A DNA stretch of 64,000 nt, from the IMG/VR virus record IMGVR_UViG_3300050131_000019, positions 1 through 64,000 of that record, one strand, 5' to 3'. Source of the stretch: an uncultured virus (IMG/VR IMGVR_UViG_3300050131_000019) (Duplodnaviria; Heunggongvirae; Uroviricota; Caudoviricetes). Numbering within the stretch: position 1 is the stretch's first letter; the number at the start of each line of letters is the position of its first letter. The position numbers were made by a program, and so were the translations under genes. The notes beneath the pieces are model-generated. The model was given only the letters and a program-made list of their open reading frames with translations, was not told the origin of the DNA and ran no database searches. Shown here in pieces: positions 1 through 9,260 of this stretch.

Positions 1-148
1 CGTCTGCCAGTGCCAGCACCAAGCAAAGCCACAAGATTGTAAGTAGTATCTTGTTCACGGCTGCACCTTTCCTGCGCGGGCCGCAACAAACGTGTTTATA
101 AAGCCGCGCATACCACCATCCGCTCACTTGCTTTCTTGCTCCATATTT

Positions 149-177
149 AGAATACCACTATACCCTGCCCGTGTCAA
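149..177 (-). promoter_or_regulatory. Sigma70-like promoter overlapping the polymerase stop codon
   Basis: TTGACA-17 nt-TATTCT. Confidence 0.6.
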
Positions 178-3100
178 CCCTTAGTATAATATAAAGATTC
201 CATACCTTCCGCGCCTAGTAAAAAATCTGATGCCCAAGGAGGAGCCGTTGTCATACACTCTACTAGCTCCTTTACTCCGAGGGGGGAGTCTTCATCCACT
301 TCGGCCACGATTTCGTCGTGACAAGTTAGTACGATCTGGAAGCCCATATTTTTGGCTAGGTGCATTCCGTAAAACAGAATATCCCGGCAAAAAGCCTGCA
401 CGATGTTTTCGAAAGTCTTAGCCCCCCTAGTCTCTATACTCGTCCATTGGTGAGTGACTTGCGAGATGCCGTCCACACGGAGATCAGCTTTTCGGTAAGA
501 ATTACCCTTACGGGAGGTGGCGTCTACCCACGTTACCGAGGGGTTAATATAGTGCAGAGCGCGGCCCGAGGGTAGCCAGACACAGAGTACCCGGCCCTTC
601 ATTTCTAGGCGGATAGGCCCTAGTTCGGCGGTCGTATCGTTTTCCACGACTCTAGCGAAAGCCCGGTGGAGATCGTACCAGTACTGTTCTACCTCTCGGT
701 ATGTATTTCTGTAGACCTGTACCGCCTTTTCTGCATACTCTAAGGTAAGTTCAATACCCATATTTTCCGCGTAAGCAAGCAAGCCAGTCTTAACCGAGTT
801 ACCCTCTTCATCTGTAGTTTCTTCGCCCGCACTAAGTCCGTACCCGCAGTTATGAACAATCAGGGGACCCTTCTCCGTCAGGATCGTGAACCGACTCCTC
901 GGACCCGAGTTTAGAATGTCGAACGTAGGCACCCCGGCATTGGGACTGTTCTGCAATGATCCTTTCTGGAGAGAATCCTTTGTTGATTTTTCGGCAGACG
1001 TTTCCGCACTCCCGGTACTGGGGGCAGTATCTTTCCCAGAACTCAACGGCAGAAAGTTTTTCTCCCAGATAGTGGATGTAGCAAAGGTTTTCTTTATTCC
1101 TCCCATTAACTTTTGAGGTAACAAATCGAAGATTCCCTTTTTCATAATGGCCGTCATTATCTTCTCGGTCGATCTGGTACGCGGGCTTGTCATAGTTCTT
1201 AAGGGTAAGGCAGTGTCCGATGAAATCGTACACATCCTCAAATTTGCACTGAATCCCCCGTCCTCCGTAGCGATGAGCGGCAGAACCGACTCCCCGGCAG
1301 CGCGACAGAATCGCGTAGTACCTGTTCGCCAGCCGGTCAATAAGTTCTCTAGGTTCCGAAAATCTGACGTATACTCCGTTCTGGTCTTCCTGAACCTTTT
1401 TTCGGGCACAAGGGAGGCAACGACTTGTCTTACCCTTTTCAAGATTCTCCCTATTGACCAGTTTTTCGGAGCCGCAGACCCCGCATCGGCAAGGGTAACT
1501 GAGGTATTTTTTAACCTTCTGAGCGAGTCCGGTAGTAACCCACTCGCCAAATTTATAGCCGACCTCTCGTAGAGGCCACTTTGCGTCACTTCGCACGCTT
1601 CTTTCCACCCTTCTTCTGTAAGAATCCCGTGCTCCGGAGTAACATCTACTCGGAGCAGGTTGATAACTTTCTTGTCCCCCTGATACACACAACCATCGTG
1701 AGACACCCATTCACCGCCATCCCACAGCTTATCCTCTAAGGTAACGTTCACAATCTTCTTTACCCCGTGGTTGGTAAGGACCATAGTATCTTCACCGAAA
1801 CATCCGAGGGTAGGCGCTTTAGCGTTTGTCCTAGCGGTCTTATCCCCCGCCTTATACGTCTCCCACAACTCCTCGTAGGTAGCGTGACCATCCATTTGTG
1901 CTGCAAAAGCAATATAAGGGTCTCTCCCCTGACGAAACACTTCCAGAAGAGGTTCGCACTCTGTAACCCATCCGGCTCCACGAGCTTCGATAGCGGAGAG
2001 ATCGGCAATCACGAACTTCTTCCCCGGAGCCGCACACAAAATCGGGCGCAAGGCCGCACAAGCCACGTCTAGCGGGCTACTAAAATTTTTCTTGATTCCC
2101 TCATAATCCCCTGATTTTAATAGGGATAAAGCGAGATCGAATTTTCCGCCCACTTCCTTGGATGCCTTCACGAGATTCTGCACTTGCACCAGCCCGGAAG
2201 TCATGCGCCCGGTTCTAGCCGCCCCCATAAAATGGAACAATCCGCGAACCCTACCATCTGACATGATAGAAGCCCGGTATGCGTCCAGCTTACTAACCGA
2301 ACTTTTACTGAGTTGTAGCCTAAGTTCCAGAGCTTTCCGGCACTGTTCATTTAGATCACACTCCCCGTTCAAAGCCCGCTTGATAAAGGGCTTTCCGATA
2401 GACAGAAAAGTGTACCCGTTCTGTCTGGCATACGCCAGCACCTGAACCGGGGACTTGGGGTTCTTGATGCCTGTAAGTTCGAGAAACTGTTTGGTAAGAG
2501 CCGATTGCTCTTTTTCTACGACTATACTCGCCCCCTGTAGAAGCACCGAGTCCGTGTAGATTCCATAGTCGTTGATTTCTTCTGATAGCGCGAAGTTTTC
2601 ATATTCCCAGTCCGGAAGAGGAAAGTCCTTTAGCCGGTGCAGGATTTCCCGCATAGCTTCTACGTCCGTTTTGCAGTAATCACAGAAGCGGGAATACTCC
2701 TTAACATGGGTATCCCAGTCACGATAGGAAGTCGGCTCAATTCCGAAGAGGGTTAGCTCCCCGCCAAACCGAAGGGGCTTGCAGAAAAGATCGACCATGC
2801 TAACATCTTTTACAAAAAATTCGGTCAGCTTCTTGGACTTGATATCCAGAATCTTGCCCACTTTTTCCAGCTTACCGGGCATACTCATAGCCCGACTCAG
2901 GATCATCGGGTCAATAAATCTATCAACCGGAATATCAATATCAAAAAATCTTTTTATGGCAAGGCGTTCAAACTGACAATTGTGAGCGACGATTATTTGA
3001 AAAGGGTCCTGCAACCCCTGAAGTAAGTCTTCCGGGATAGGACCCTTGTGGCATTCCCATAGCTGTACGTCGGCATCCCCCCACGCATAAGCAAACATGA

Positions 3101-3194
3101 GGAGTTCGCAGCTAGGATGATCTATGTATTTGTATGCCCCAGTTGTCGAGATATCCAGTTCGTTCCGTGTTTCGAGGTCGATATGCAGAAGCAT
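174..3194 (-). CDS. Family A DNA polymerase (3'-5' exonuclease plus polymerase) containing an intein
   Basis: Exonuclease motifs HIDLET and AHNCQFE. Polymerase motifs ARTGR, motif A IADLSAIEAR, motif B RTNAKAPTLG/CGYG (split by the intein) and motif C CHDEIV. Confidence 0.95.
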   Translation of the reverse strand: MLLHIDLETRNELDISTTGAYKYIDHPSCELLMFAYAWGDADVQLWECHKGPIPEDLLQGLQDPFQIIVAHNCQFERLAIKRFFDIDIPVDRFIDPMILSRAMSMPGKLEKVGKILDIKSKKLTEFFVKDVSMVDLFCKPLRFGGELTLFGIEPTSYRDWDTHVKEYSRFCDYCKTDVEAMREILHRLKDFPLPDWEYENFALSEEINDYGIYTDSVLLQGASIVVEKEQSALTKQFLELTGIKNPKSPVQVLAYARQNGYTFLSIGKPFIKRALNGECDLNEQCRKALELRLQLSKSSVSKLDAYRASIMSDGRVRGLFHFMGAARTGRMTSGLVQVQNLVKASKEVGGKFDLALSLLKSGDYEGIKKNFSSPLDVACAALRPILCAAPGKKFVIADLSAIEARGAGWVTECEPLLEVFRQGRDPYIAFAAQMDGHATYEELWETYKAGDKTARTNAKAPTLGCFGEDTMVLTNHGVKKIVNVTLEDKLWDGGEWVSHDGCVYQGDKKVINLLRVDVTPEHGILTEEGWKEACEVTQSGLYERSAINLASGLLPDSLRRLKNTSVTLADAGSAAPKNWSIGRILKRVRQVVASLVPEKRFRKTRTEYTSDFRNLENLLTGWRTGTTRFCRAAGESVLPLIATEDGGFSANLRMCTISSDTALPLRTMTSPRTRSTEKIMTAIMKKGIFDLLPQKLMGGIKKTFATSTIWEKNFLPLSSGKDTAPSTGSAETSAEKSTKDSLQKGSLQNSPNAGVPTFDILNSGPRSRFTILTEKGPLIVHNCGYGLSAGEETTDEEGNSVKTGLLAYAENMGIELTLEYAEKAVQVYRNTYREVEQYWYDLHRAFARVVENDTTAELGPIRLEMKGRVLCVWLPSGRALHYINPSVTWVDATSRKGNSYRKADLRVDGISQVTHQWTSIETRGAKTFENIVQAFCRDILFYGMHLAKNMGFQIVLTCHDEIVAEVDEDSPLGVKELVECMTTAPPWASDFLLGAEGMESLYYTKG
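849..1802 (-). mobile_element. Intein (318 aa, polymerase residues 465-782) inserted in motif B
   Basis: Starts CFGEDTMV (block A), has TPEH (block B), ends TFDILNSGPRSRF...IVHN followed by extein Cys. Removing it restores KAPTLG-CGYG. Confidence 0.93.
850..1710 (-). CDS. HNH-type homing endonuclease nested out of frame inside the intein (true start probably a GTG near 1597-1609)
   Basis: Motifs KFGEW..CRCGVCG..RCLPC, RYYAILSRC, RYGGRGI and IDREDNDGHYEKGNLRF..N. Reading frame differs from the polymerase/intein frame. Confidence 0.85.
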   Translation of the reverse strand: MGVSRWLCVSGGQESYQPAPSRCYSGARDSYRRRVERSVRSDAKWPLREVGYKFGEWVTTGLAQKVKKYLSYPCRCGVCGSEKLVNRENLEKGKTSRCLPCARKKVQEDQNGVYVRFSEPRELIDRLANRYYAILSRCRGVGSAAHRYGGRGIQCKFEDVYDFIGHCLTLKNYDKPAYQIDREDNDGHYEKGNLRFVTSKVNGRNKENLCYIHYLGEKLSAVEFWERYCPQYRECGNVCRKINKGFSPERIIAEQSQCRGAYVRHSKLGSEESVHDPDGEGSPDCS

Positions 3195-3204
3195 TTTATC
3201 CTTT

Positions 3205-3278
3205 TGGTTCCGGGTCCACGAATCGAACGTAGGTTAGGAGGATCAAAACCTCCTGTCTTACCACTAAACGAACCCGGA
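3205..3278 (-). tRNA. trnQ: tRNA-Gln (anticodon TTG), CCA encoded
   Basis: Acceptor TCCGGGT/ACCCGGA plus A-CCA. Anticodon arm GGAGG-TTTTGAT-CCTCC. T-loop GTTCGATTC. D-loop AGTGGTA. Confidence 0.93.
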
Positions 3279-3281
3279 ATT

Positions 3282-3857
3282 TTATTCCTGTTCCACCTGG
3301 TCCCAGAAAGTCTTCAGATTTATCCGAATCTTCCCCGGATACCAGCAAACAGTGGGGGCGTTACGGATTGCCTCGTTCAGTTCTTCGATTTTAGTACATA
3401 CCTCGTCAGGGAGTTCTCCATCTTCCGGAAGATCGTCACACCAATTGTCATAGTCAATAGTGTGAAGTTTCCCCCGCGCACACTTCACTATTTGAACTTC
3501 TGCTTCTTCGTTCTCCCCTAAGTCGGCTTTCAAATCGGCCATCCAATCCAAAAGAGAATCTTCATCGAAGAAGTATGTATCATCATTATAGACGCACACC
3601 GGCTCAGACCCGTCCCAGTCTTCCACAGGAAGAGCATAGTACTTATCTGAGTCTAGCTTAGACTGGCAAGAATCACACCTAACATGGCCCTTTGAGTATA
3701 TTTTACCGCAAGGGCAGGTTCGGTGGGTACACCCCGCGTATCTGGCAATATTTTCGTCTTTCCCGTAAAACCTCCCGTCGCTGGCTACCCACCCGCTTAT
3801 GTCTGTTTTGAAGGTTGCAGCTTCCGGGCTATCATACATGATTATTTTCTCGGTCAT
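3282..3857 (-). CDS. Hypothetical protein with Cys cluster (CxCG..CxxC)
   Basis: Long ORF with ATGA overlap to the lysozyme stop and GGGAG Shine-Dalgarno (SD). Confidence 0.75.
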   Translation of the reverse strand: MTEKIIMYDSPEAATFKTDISGWVASDGRFYGKDENIARYAGCTHRTCPCGKIYSKGHVRCDSCQSKLDSDKYYALPVEDWDGSEPVCVYNDDTYFFDEDSLLDWMADLKADLGENEEAEVQIVKCARGKLHTIDYDNWCDDLPEDGELPDEVCTKIEELNEAIRNAPTVCWYPGKIRINLKTFWDQVEQE

Positions 3858-4273
3858 TGTGTCTCCCACAACTTGAGTTCTGCTTCCCTGCGCCTAGTAA
3901 GTCCGGGCACTGGTAGTCCGCCTGATTTATCCCACCGAAGAATCTGAACAGGAATATTTTCCAGTCCGTGAGACAGCAAAAGTCGGAGTGATCCTACCCC
4001 CAAATTAAATCCAAAATCCACGAGGGAATCAAATTGATTCTGGGTAAATGTATGTTCTAGCGCGAGTCTATTTAAGACAGACTCCACGCCCTGTACATCC
4101 TTGCTGAGGAGTTCGGCGCACTGCTCTTCTGATATCCCGTTCGGGTAATGTTCCCCCGGAAGCAACAAATGGCCTACTCCGATAGTCCACTTACCGGCTA
4201 CATCTTGGTACTGTGTTAGCCGCCGCCCCTCAAAAGATTCGATAAATTGTAAACCCGCACTACTGGTTTTCAT
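3854..4273 (-). CDS. Phage lysozyme / endolysin (GH24)
   Basis: FEG..YQDVAGKWTIGVGH catalytic region, QFDSLVDFGFNLG, GLTRRREAE. Confidence 0.93.
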   Translation of the reverse strand: MKTSSAGLQFIESFEGRRLTQYQDVAGKWTIGVGHLLLPGEHYPNGISEEQCAELLSKDVQGVESVLNRLALEHTFTQNQFDSLVDFGFNLGVGSLRLLLSHGLENIPVQILRWDKSGGLPVPGLTRRREAELKLWETQ

Positions 4274-4602
4274 AGCTGGCTCCCCGAGAATTCAATGCTA
4301 AAAAATAGCTCTACTTCCTCACTATCTCTTTCGGCGGAAAACCCTCCCGTGCGAATGTAGACGCTCTTGGGCTTATCAAGCAAATCAGAAATTAGCCCCT
4401 CGGCAACCTCTTTTATCTTCTCTAGAGTGGGGATAGCTTCTCCCCACTTCCATCCGGTAAGCACCATATAGGCATGTACCTTCTCGAAGTCAAACTCAGA
4501 AAATATTTCCCGTATGATTCTCCGCTTGGCTACCTCTTTACTGATTTTCATAATTCTCTGCTTATCTACATTTTTACTGGTTTTCATAGTAGGTCTCCTC
4601 AC
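4270..4602 (-). CDS. Hypothetical protein, paralog of 10425..10718
   Basis: Shared FDFxKVxAYM..W..P..TGGF pattern. Confidence 0.75.
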   Translation of the reverse strand: MRRPTMKTSKNVDKQRIMKISKEVAKRRIIREIFSEFDFEKVHAYMVLTGWKWGEAIPTLEKIKEVAEGLISDLLDKPKSVYIRTGGFSAERDSEEVELFFSIEFSGSQL

Positions 4603-4798
4603 AAGCCTCCTGAATTTGTTTGATAATTCCTAGCTGTTCCGGAGTGAATGGTCGAGATCGCTCAAAATCCTGTTTGGAATCTGCCTTCAGCCGCTCGGCC
4701 CCGCTAGGATTACTTTGCTTATTCGCAGGTAGCAACTTCCGCCAACTTACTAGGACATTTTTACTGGCCGTCTTGAAGTTGGAAGTCATCCAGCCATC

Positions 4799-5665
4799 TT
4801 AGAACATTCTGTCTAGAATTTCGACCAAATACGTAGTCTCGACCTTATCTGGATTCTTGTCCCGAAGAAGTTTGATAACCTGTAGGAAATACGCCGTGTC
4901 AACACCAATCAACTGATCCTCTAGAACGTCAATGTCGGTAAGGTCCAATTCGCTGATCTGCATACAAATCTTGAGTATCTGTCCTGCATTTGCGTGCCAG
5001 CCGCGAGAAATAAATTTCTTAAGTCGAGCCACGCTGCATACAGGATACTTACTGCCCACGTACACAAGCTGCTTCGCTAGGATAGCCGCGAGAGCTTCCG
5101 GCCTAAGAACCAACTCATTATCCCAACTCGTCCAGACGTTAGTCGTGTGGATAAAGTCATAATTCTTGTGAATCTCGTCAGGCTCTCCATAGAACCGAAT
5201 CACAATCTGAATTTTGTCACTCAGGGTGATAGCGTTTGAACTCAAAAATACCGGCCTATACTTTTCCTTACCAGTCTCTGTTACCTGCTGGGCCGCAGTT
5301 TCGAGGGCCTCATACTTCTCACTGACTTCACCTTCACCACCTTCTGTGACTACCTCTCCCTCGGCTACCGCGATTCCGTCAGAAGGAATAACAATCTTGA
5401 TCCGGCCACCGATGTCGGTAACCTTGAATTCCGTGTTGTGGAATTTCTCGACGTAGTACTTTGCCAGCGCAAGAGCCGAAGCATGATCTTTGCAGTACAC
5501 GTCAAAATCGTTGACGGGTTCACCGAGCAGAAGGGAGGTAATACACCCTCCGGTTACGATGACCTTGTTCTTTACTTGGTTGCGGGTAAGTTCCGGCAAG
5601 GACTCAAGCCAGTCACCCACCTTAGCCTTCAAAATTTTGCGAATTGTTTTTGCAGTCGTGCCCAT
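4799..5665 (-). CDS. Nucleotidyltransferase-fold protein
   Basis: TGGCITSLL..VNDFDVY (GG..DxD motif), YDFIH, RLKKFISRGW. Confidence 0.7.
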   Translation of the reverse strand: MGTTAKTIRKILKAKVGDWLESLPELTRNQVKNKVIVTGGCITSLLLGEPVNDFDVYCKDHASALALAKYYVEKFHNTEFKVTDIGGRIKIVIPSDGIAVAEGEVVTEGGEGEVSEKYEALETAAQQVTETGKEKYRPVFLSSNAITLSDKIQIVIRFYGEPDEIHKNYDFIHTTNVWTSWDNELVLRPEALAAILAKQLVYVGSKYPVCSVARLKKFISRGWHANAGQILKICMQISELDLTDIDVLEDQLIGVDTAYFLQVIKLLRDKNPDKVETTYLVEILDRMF

Positions 5666-5895
5666 GTATTTCTCCTTTGTTAGTCGTTCCCTATTCTCCC
5701 GTATCTGTCAATAAACGCCCGGAAGAGAACAAAAACCTCTCCACCGTTCAGGGTAGTTTGTGCATCTATATTGAATTCCCGCAGGAAATCGTGGGATACT
5801 AAAGAAATTTCGTCGGGCAAAAGCTTCCGACGTTTCCACCACATAAACCTCTTCATAAACCGCCACTCCGGAACCATGTTATCCCCTTATCCTTA

Positions 5896-5924
5896 ATACT
5901 ACCACAACTTAGAGTCCGTGTCAA
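5896..5924 (-). promoter_or_regulatory. Sigma70-like promoter
   Basis: TTGACA-17 nt-TAGTAT with extended TG. Confidence 0.55.
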
Positions 5925-6177
5925 GGTATTTCCAGTGTGTAGGTTTGTAATAAACATACATGCTACCGTCTGGGAAGAACCAGAGATTTCCCTCTCGCTT
6001 TAGCCGGGTCTCGTTTCTCTTGCCGTCCCCGTCGTCTATCTTGGTATCGACAACTTCTCCGGAAAACGGAATACTGCTGTTTGTACTGATCCAGCTATCA
6101 CCGGCCTCTAGTAATTTCTTGAGTCTCGGCCCCACAGTCAAAACAGTTCCGAACTTCTTAGATTTATCAAGCATCAC
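5899..6177 (-). CDS. Hypothetical protein
   Basis: Tightly packed ORF with DUF551-like ending PTHWKY. Confidence 0.65.
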   Translation of the reverse strand: MMLDKSKKFGTVLTVGPRLKKLLEAGDSWISTNSSIPFSGEVVDTKIDDGDGKRNETRLKREGNLWFFPDGSMYVYYKPTHWKYLDTDSKLW

Positions 6178-6541
6178 TTCTCCCCCTTCAGTTTTTCAAT
6201 CAAACCCAGCCGAAAGATTTTGGCGTTTTCTTCTTCCTCAAAAGTAACCCATTGATCTTTCTTATCTAGCTTAATTATATAGTTACCATAAGCAGTCTTG
6301 AATATTTCTACTCGGTCTTCTGGCTTAGCTGGTTCCGGAAAAAGATTTTTGCACACACTAGCCGCTAGGTCCGAGGAGTCTCCAATAGACATTTCGGCCA
6401 TGTCTCTACACTTATCATAAACTGTCATGAAAACATCTACCTTTGTTACTTCTGTCATTTTACTGCCTCCATCCAGAAATGTTTTTAGAAATCCGAAGGT
6501 TGTATGTACTGTATCTACCATCTTCCCACTTCATTTCTGCC

Positions 6542-6943
6542 TCAATTCCAAAGGTTGTTAAAGTACTTGACAAAAAGTTTCAGGCCCTTTTTCTGAATCT
6601 TTTCGAGATTTTCCCGCTGGGTATCGGTTTCGTAAGCACAATCGGCCAAGGTGTACGCGGCACGAAACCCCTCGGATATGTCATCCAGAATTGCATTCCA
6701 CTTTTTCTCTCCCAGTCCGCAAGGGTAGCCAGGATCGAGTTTCAGGTCTTCAAGAGCTTGTGGCATAAACTCGCACAGGTACGCGTCGATGCTCCACACA
6801 TCAGAGTCCGCATACCCGCGCCAGCCGCGCTGCAAAAACCACTTTACTGGTTTGTAATAGCTGCTCGGGCTGAAAAAGTGCTTCCACCACGGTAGGCAGA
6901 ATTTTCGGTACCCCGCCCCAAAACCGATTCCTACATAGCTCAT
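6542..6943 (-). CDS. Hypothetical phage protein
   Basis: QRGWRGYADSDVWSID..LFVKYFNNLW pattern, SD GAGG. Confidence 0.7.
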   Translation of the reverse strand: MSYVGIGFGAGYRKFCLPWWKHFFSPSSYYKPVKWFLQRGWRGYADSDVWSIDAYLCEFMPQALEDLKLDPGYPCGLGEKKWNAILDDISEGFRAAYTLADCAYETDTQRENLEKIQKKGLKLFVKYFNNLWN

Positions 6944-6959
6944 AATCCCTCACTCTTTA

Positions 6960-6988
6960 ACTGTATCACAGGGGGGTGCCCGAGTCAA
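6960..6988 (-). promoter_or_regulatory. Sigma70-like promoter
   Basis: TTGACT-17 nt-TACAGT with extended TG. Confidence 0.55.
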
Positions 6989-7214
6989 GGGATTTCTGAA
7001 GTTTTTGGCAGGCGGGACAGACGGGATCAAAAGCCCCCCAGTGGCAGGCTTTCTTGTGATTCCGGAAAGCGGAACCGTTTTCGTACATACGATTCTTCCA
7101 AATTTTCTCTTGGAAGTTACTTACATACTTTGCGCGAGTCCCCGAGGCGAACTCCTGCGGGGTCATCTTTATTTTCTGGCCTATACGTCCTTTTTTACTC
7201 ACATCCATGATATA

Positions 7215-7307
7215 ATTAGAACATAGAAGCGCTTCCGAGTCAAGGAAAACTTTTTTACAGATTTCTTGAAGATTATGCTTGACACGGGAAGAAACTTGGA
7301 GTATCAT
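7215..7307. promoter_or_regulatory. Back-to-back divergent sigma70-like promoters
   Basis: Minus strand TTGACT-17-TCTAAT (7243-7215) with ATG at 7208. Plus strand TTGACA-17-TATCAT (7279-7307). Confidence 0.65.
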
Positions 7308-7604
7308 AGAGATATGTAAGGAAGTCGGCTCACAAAGAACGTTCGCCTCCGCGAACGGTGGCCTTCGGCCTTTCGGGTACTGGCACTTAAGCCACCCGGC
7401 GTCTGAGGGGTATTTAAGTTTACATTTTAGCTTATTTACTTATTACGAACGTAGTCGAAGACGAAGTGAGAGCAATTGACGTGGCTTCGCCACAACAGAT
7501 AAAGGGATTACTGCTCTGGCAGAATCCCAAATAAAAGGAAGCTACAACATAAACTCAATCTCTCCCGCTCGCTTCGCTCGGGACCTCAGTAAAGGAAGAT
7601 AGAG

Positions 7605-8009
7605 ATGTTCATATATCTCGCAACTTGTTCCGAAACCGGCAAATACTATGTCGGACAGACCATAAACACCGTGAGCTTTCGGTGGAAACAGCACGTATAC
7701 TCTTCTAAAAGCTATAGGTGTAATACCTTTCTGGGTAGAGCTATACGTAAATACGGAGAGGATAGTTTTAAGCTAGAAACTCTGTGCGAGTGTCCCGACT
7801 CGGAGAGCCTGAATCTCGCGGAGAAGTTTTTCATCTACTTCTTGGGGTCCAAGAAAAAGTCTCTAGGGTATAACCTTACAGAGGGCGGAGATAGTCTTGG
7901 GTCCTACTCGAAAGAACTGGCTACCAAAAAGAACGAGCAGAAGCTACAGGAAAAGAAGTGGTTAAACTACACTCAATTTAAGTATGACTTTAAGAGAAAA
8001 GAGGACTAA
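7605..8009 (+). CDS. GIY-YIG homing endonuclease-like protein
   Basis: IYLAT..YYVGQT..RWKQH..AIRKYG..GYNLTEGG. Confidence 0.85.
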   Translation: MFIYLATCSETGKYYVGQTINTVSFRWKQHVYSSKSYRCNTFLGRAIRKYGEDSFKLETLCECPDSESLNLAEKFFIYFLGSKKKSLGYNLTEGGDSLGSYSKELATKKNEQKLQEKKWLNYTQFKYDFKRKED

Positions 8010-8314
8010 TGCCCTTCAAACCCGGAGTTAATCCCAATCCCAATAGGCATATCCCTGACCCGGATATCCCTCCCCCAGCCAAAAAGTACCAGCAGAAAAA
8101 ATCTGCCATCAACCGTCTTTTGTCCATAGCCCTGAACATAGCCGAGAACGAGAGTATCGGGGAGGCCCAGAGGCTGGCGGCGGTCAAAATCGGCTCGGAG
8201 TTGTGGAGCAAACGCCCTGCGCCCCGCCGTAAATCGGAAAAGGAGAAGCTGCTCATTAGTGCTTTGCAAGGTTCTAAGCCCAAAAAGAAAGCCCCCGCCG
8301 AGGCAGGAGCTTAG
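8009..8314 (+). CDS. Small basic hypothetical protein
   Basis: SD GAGG, TAATG coupling to the upstream gene, N-terminus MPFKPG. Confidence 0.65.
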   Translation: MPFKPGVNPNPNRHIPDPDIPPPAKKYQQKKSAINRLLSIALNIAENESIGEAQRLAAVKIGSELWSKRPAPRRKSEKEKLLISALQGSKPKKKAPAEAGA

Positions 8315-8930
8315 TTTTCCATTTTCCGGAATTTTTGGTCTGAGGCTAGAATGGAATCTCCGTGTCATTTGTTCCAGGATAGTATGGGTCTCCTACTGCT
8401 GTCGAGTAGAATGACTCAACTTTAAAATCACGCATTTTTCCTGCTTTCAAAAGTGCATCGCGTAACAGGTTTGAAATGTCCTGTGGGCTATACCAAGGCT
8501 GCGTGGTGGTTTCATCACCCTCAGTTTCAGTAATAAAGAGAGTTACTTCCCAGTCTTGTTTACGTCGGATTTTACTCACGTCTTTAGCATCCTTTCCAGT
8601 TTCCAATTTGGAAATTAGTCAATCTGTAAGCTAATTTCACTACATTTGTCTTCAAGAATTTCCCGGAGTTCTTTGTCTGTAACCAGCATCATTTCCGGCT
8701 GATCCTCCGGGCTATCCCGATCTGGCAACTCACACACATCCTGGATGATAGATTCGATCCAGTCTTGTACATTGCTCGTAGTTATACCTCTATTCATTGG
8801 GTCACCGCGTAGCGCGGAACAAAGAAGTTTTCAAGTTGTCCAGTCTTCCGGTTTAGGTTTTGTCGGATACCAAATACGTCGTGGGCAACAAAATGTCCCC
8901 CGTTTGACTCCTCTAAACAATTTGGACACT

Positions 8931-9170
8931 TCATGACGCCTCCTGCCAAATTTCGTGGTTGCTACGTTCGTAGAGATACCCGCACCGGGCCGCTAGAATG
9001 GTCTGGGCATCTTCCGGAAGGGTTGAGTATACCGAGCACCAAGGGAGTTTGTATACGGTGCCCTCTAGGTACTCATTTTCGAGGTAGTCGTATACAGCTT
9101 TGTGGCTTTCTGCCTCATACCTTAGGTAGACATGAAGCAGATCACGGGTTAACGAAACGTAAAACGTCAT
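8931..9170 (-). CDS. Hypothetical protein downstream of ribozyme R1
   Basis: SD AAGGAGG then ATG at 9170. Confidence 0.7.
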   Translation of the reverse strand: MTFYVSLTRDLLHVYLRYEAESHKAVYDYLENEYLEGTVYKLPWCSVYSTLPEDAQTILAARCGYLYERSNHEIWQEAS

Positions 9171-9181
9171 ACTTCCTCCTT

Positions 9182-9233
9182 GGATGATTGGTAAACGCAC
9201 ACCGTCGCCTCGTGTAGGCTCATCCTTGACGGC
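9182..9233 (-). ncRNA. Minimal HDV-like ribozyme R1
   Basis: GCCGTC AA GGATGA GCC TACACGA GGC GACGGT GT GCGTTTA CCAA TCATCC. P1 opens with G-U; P2, P3, P1.1 (AC/GT) and J4/2 CCAA are all present. Confidence 0.88.
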
Positions 9234-9260
9234 AACCCCGATATTGCTCGGGGCGGGCAG

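Noticed and set aside
8009..8314. Terminase small subunit call based on the MPFKPG start
   Set aside because: Only the first few residues resemble that pattern and the gene is 25 kb from TerL, so the evidence is insufficient.
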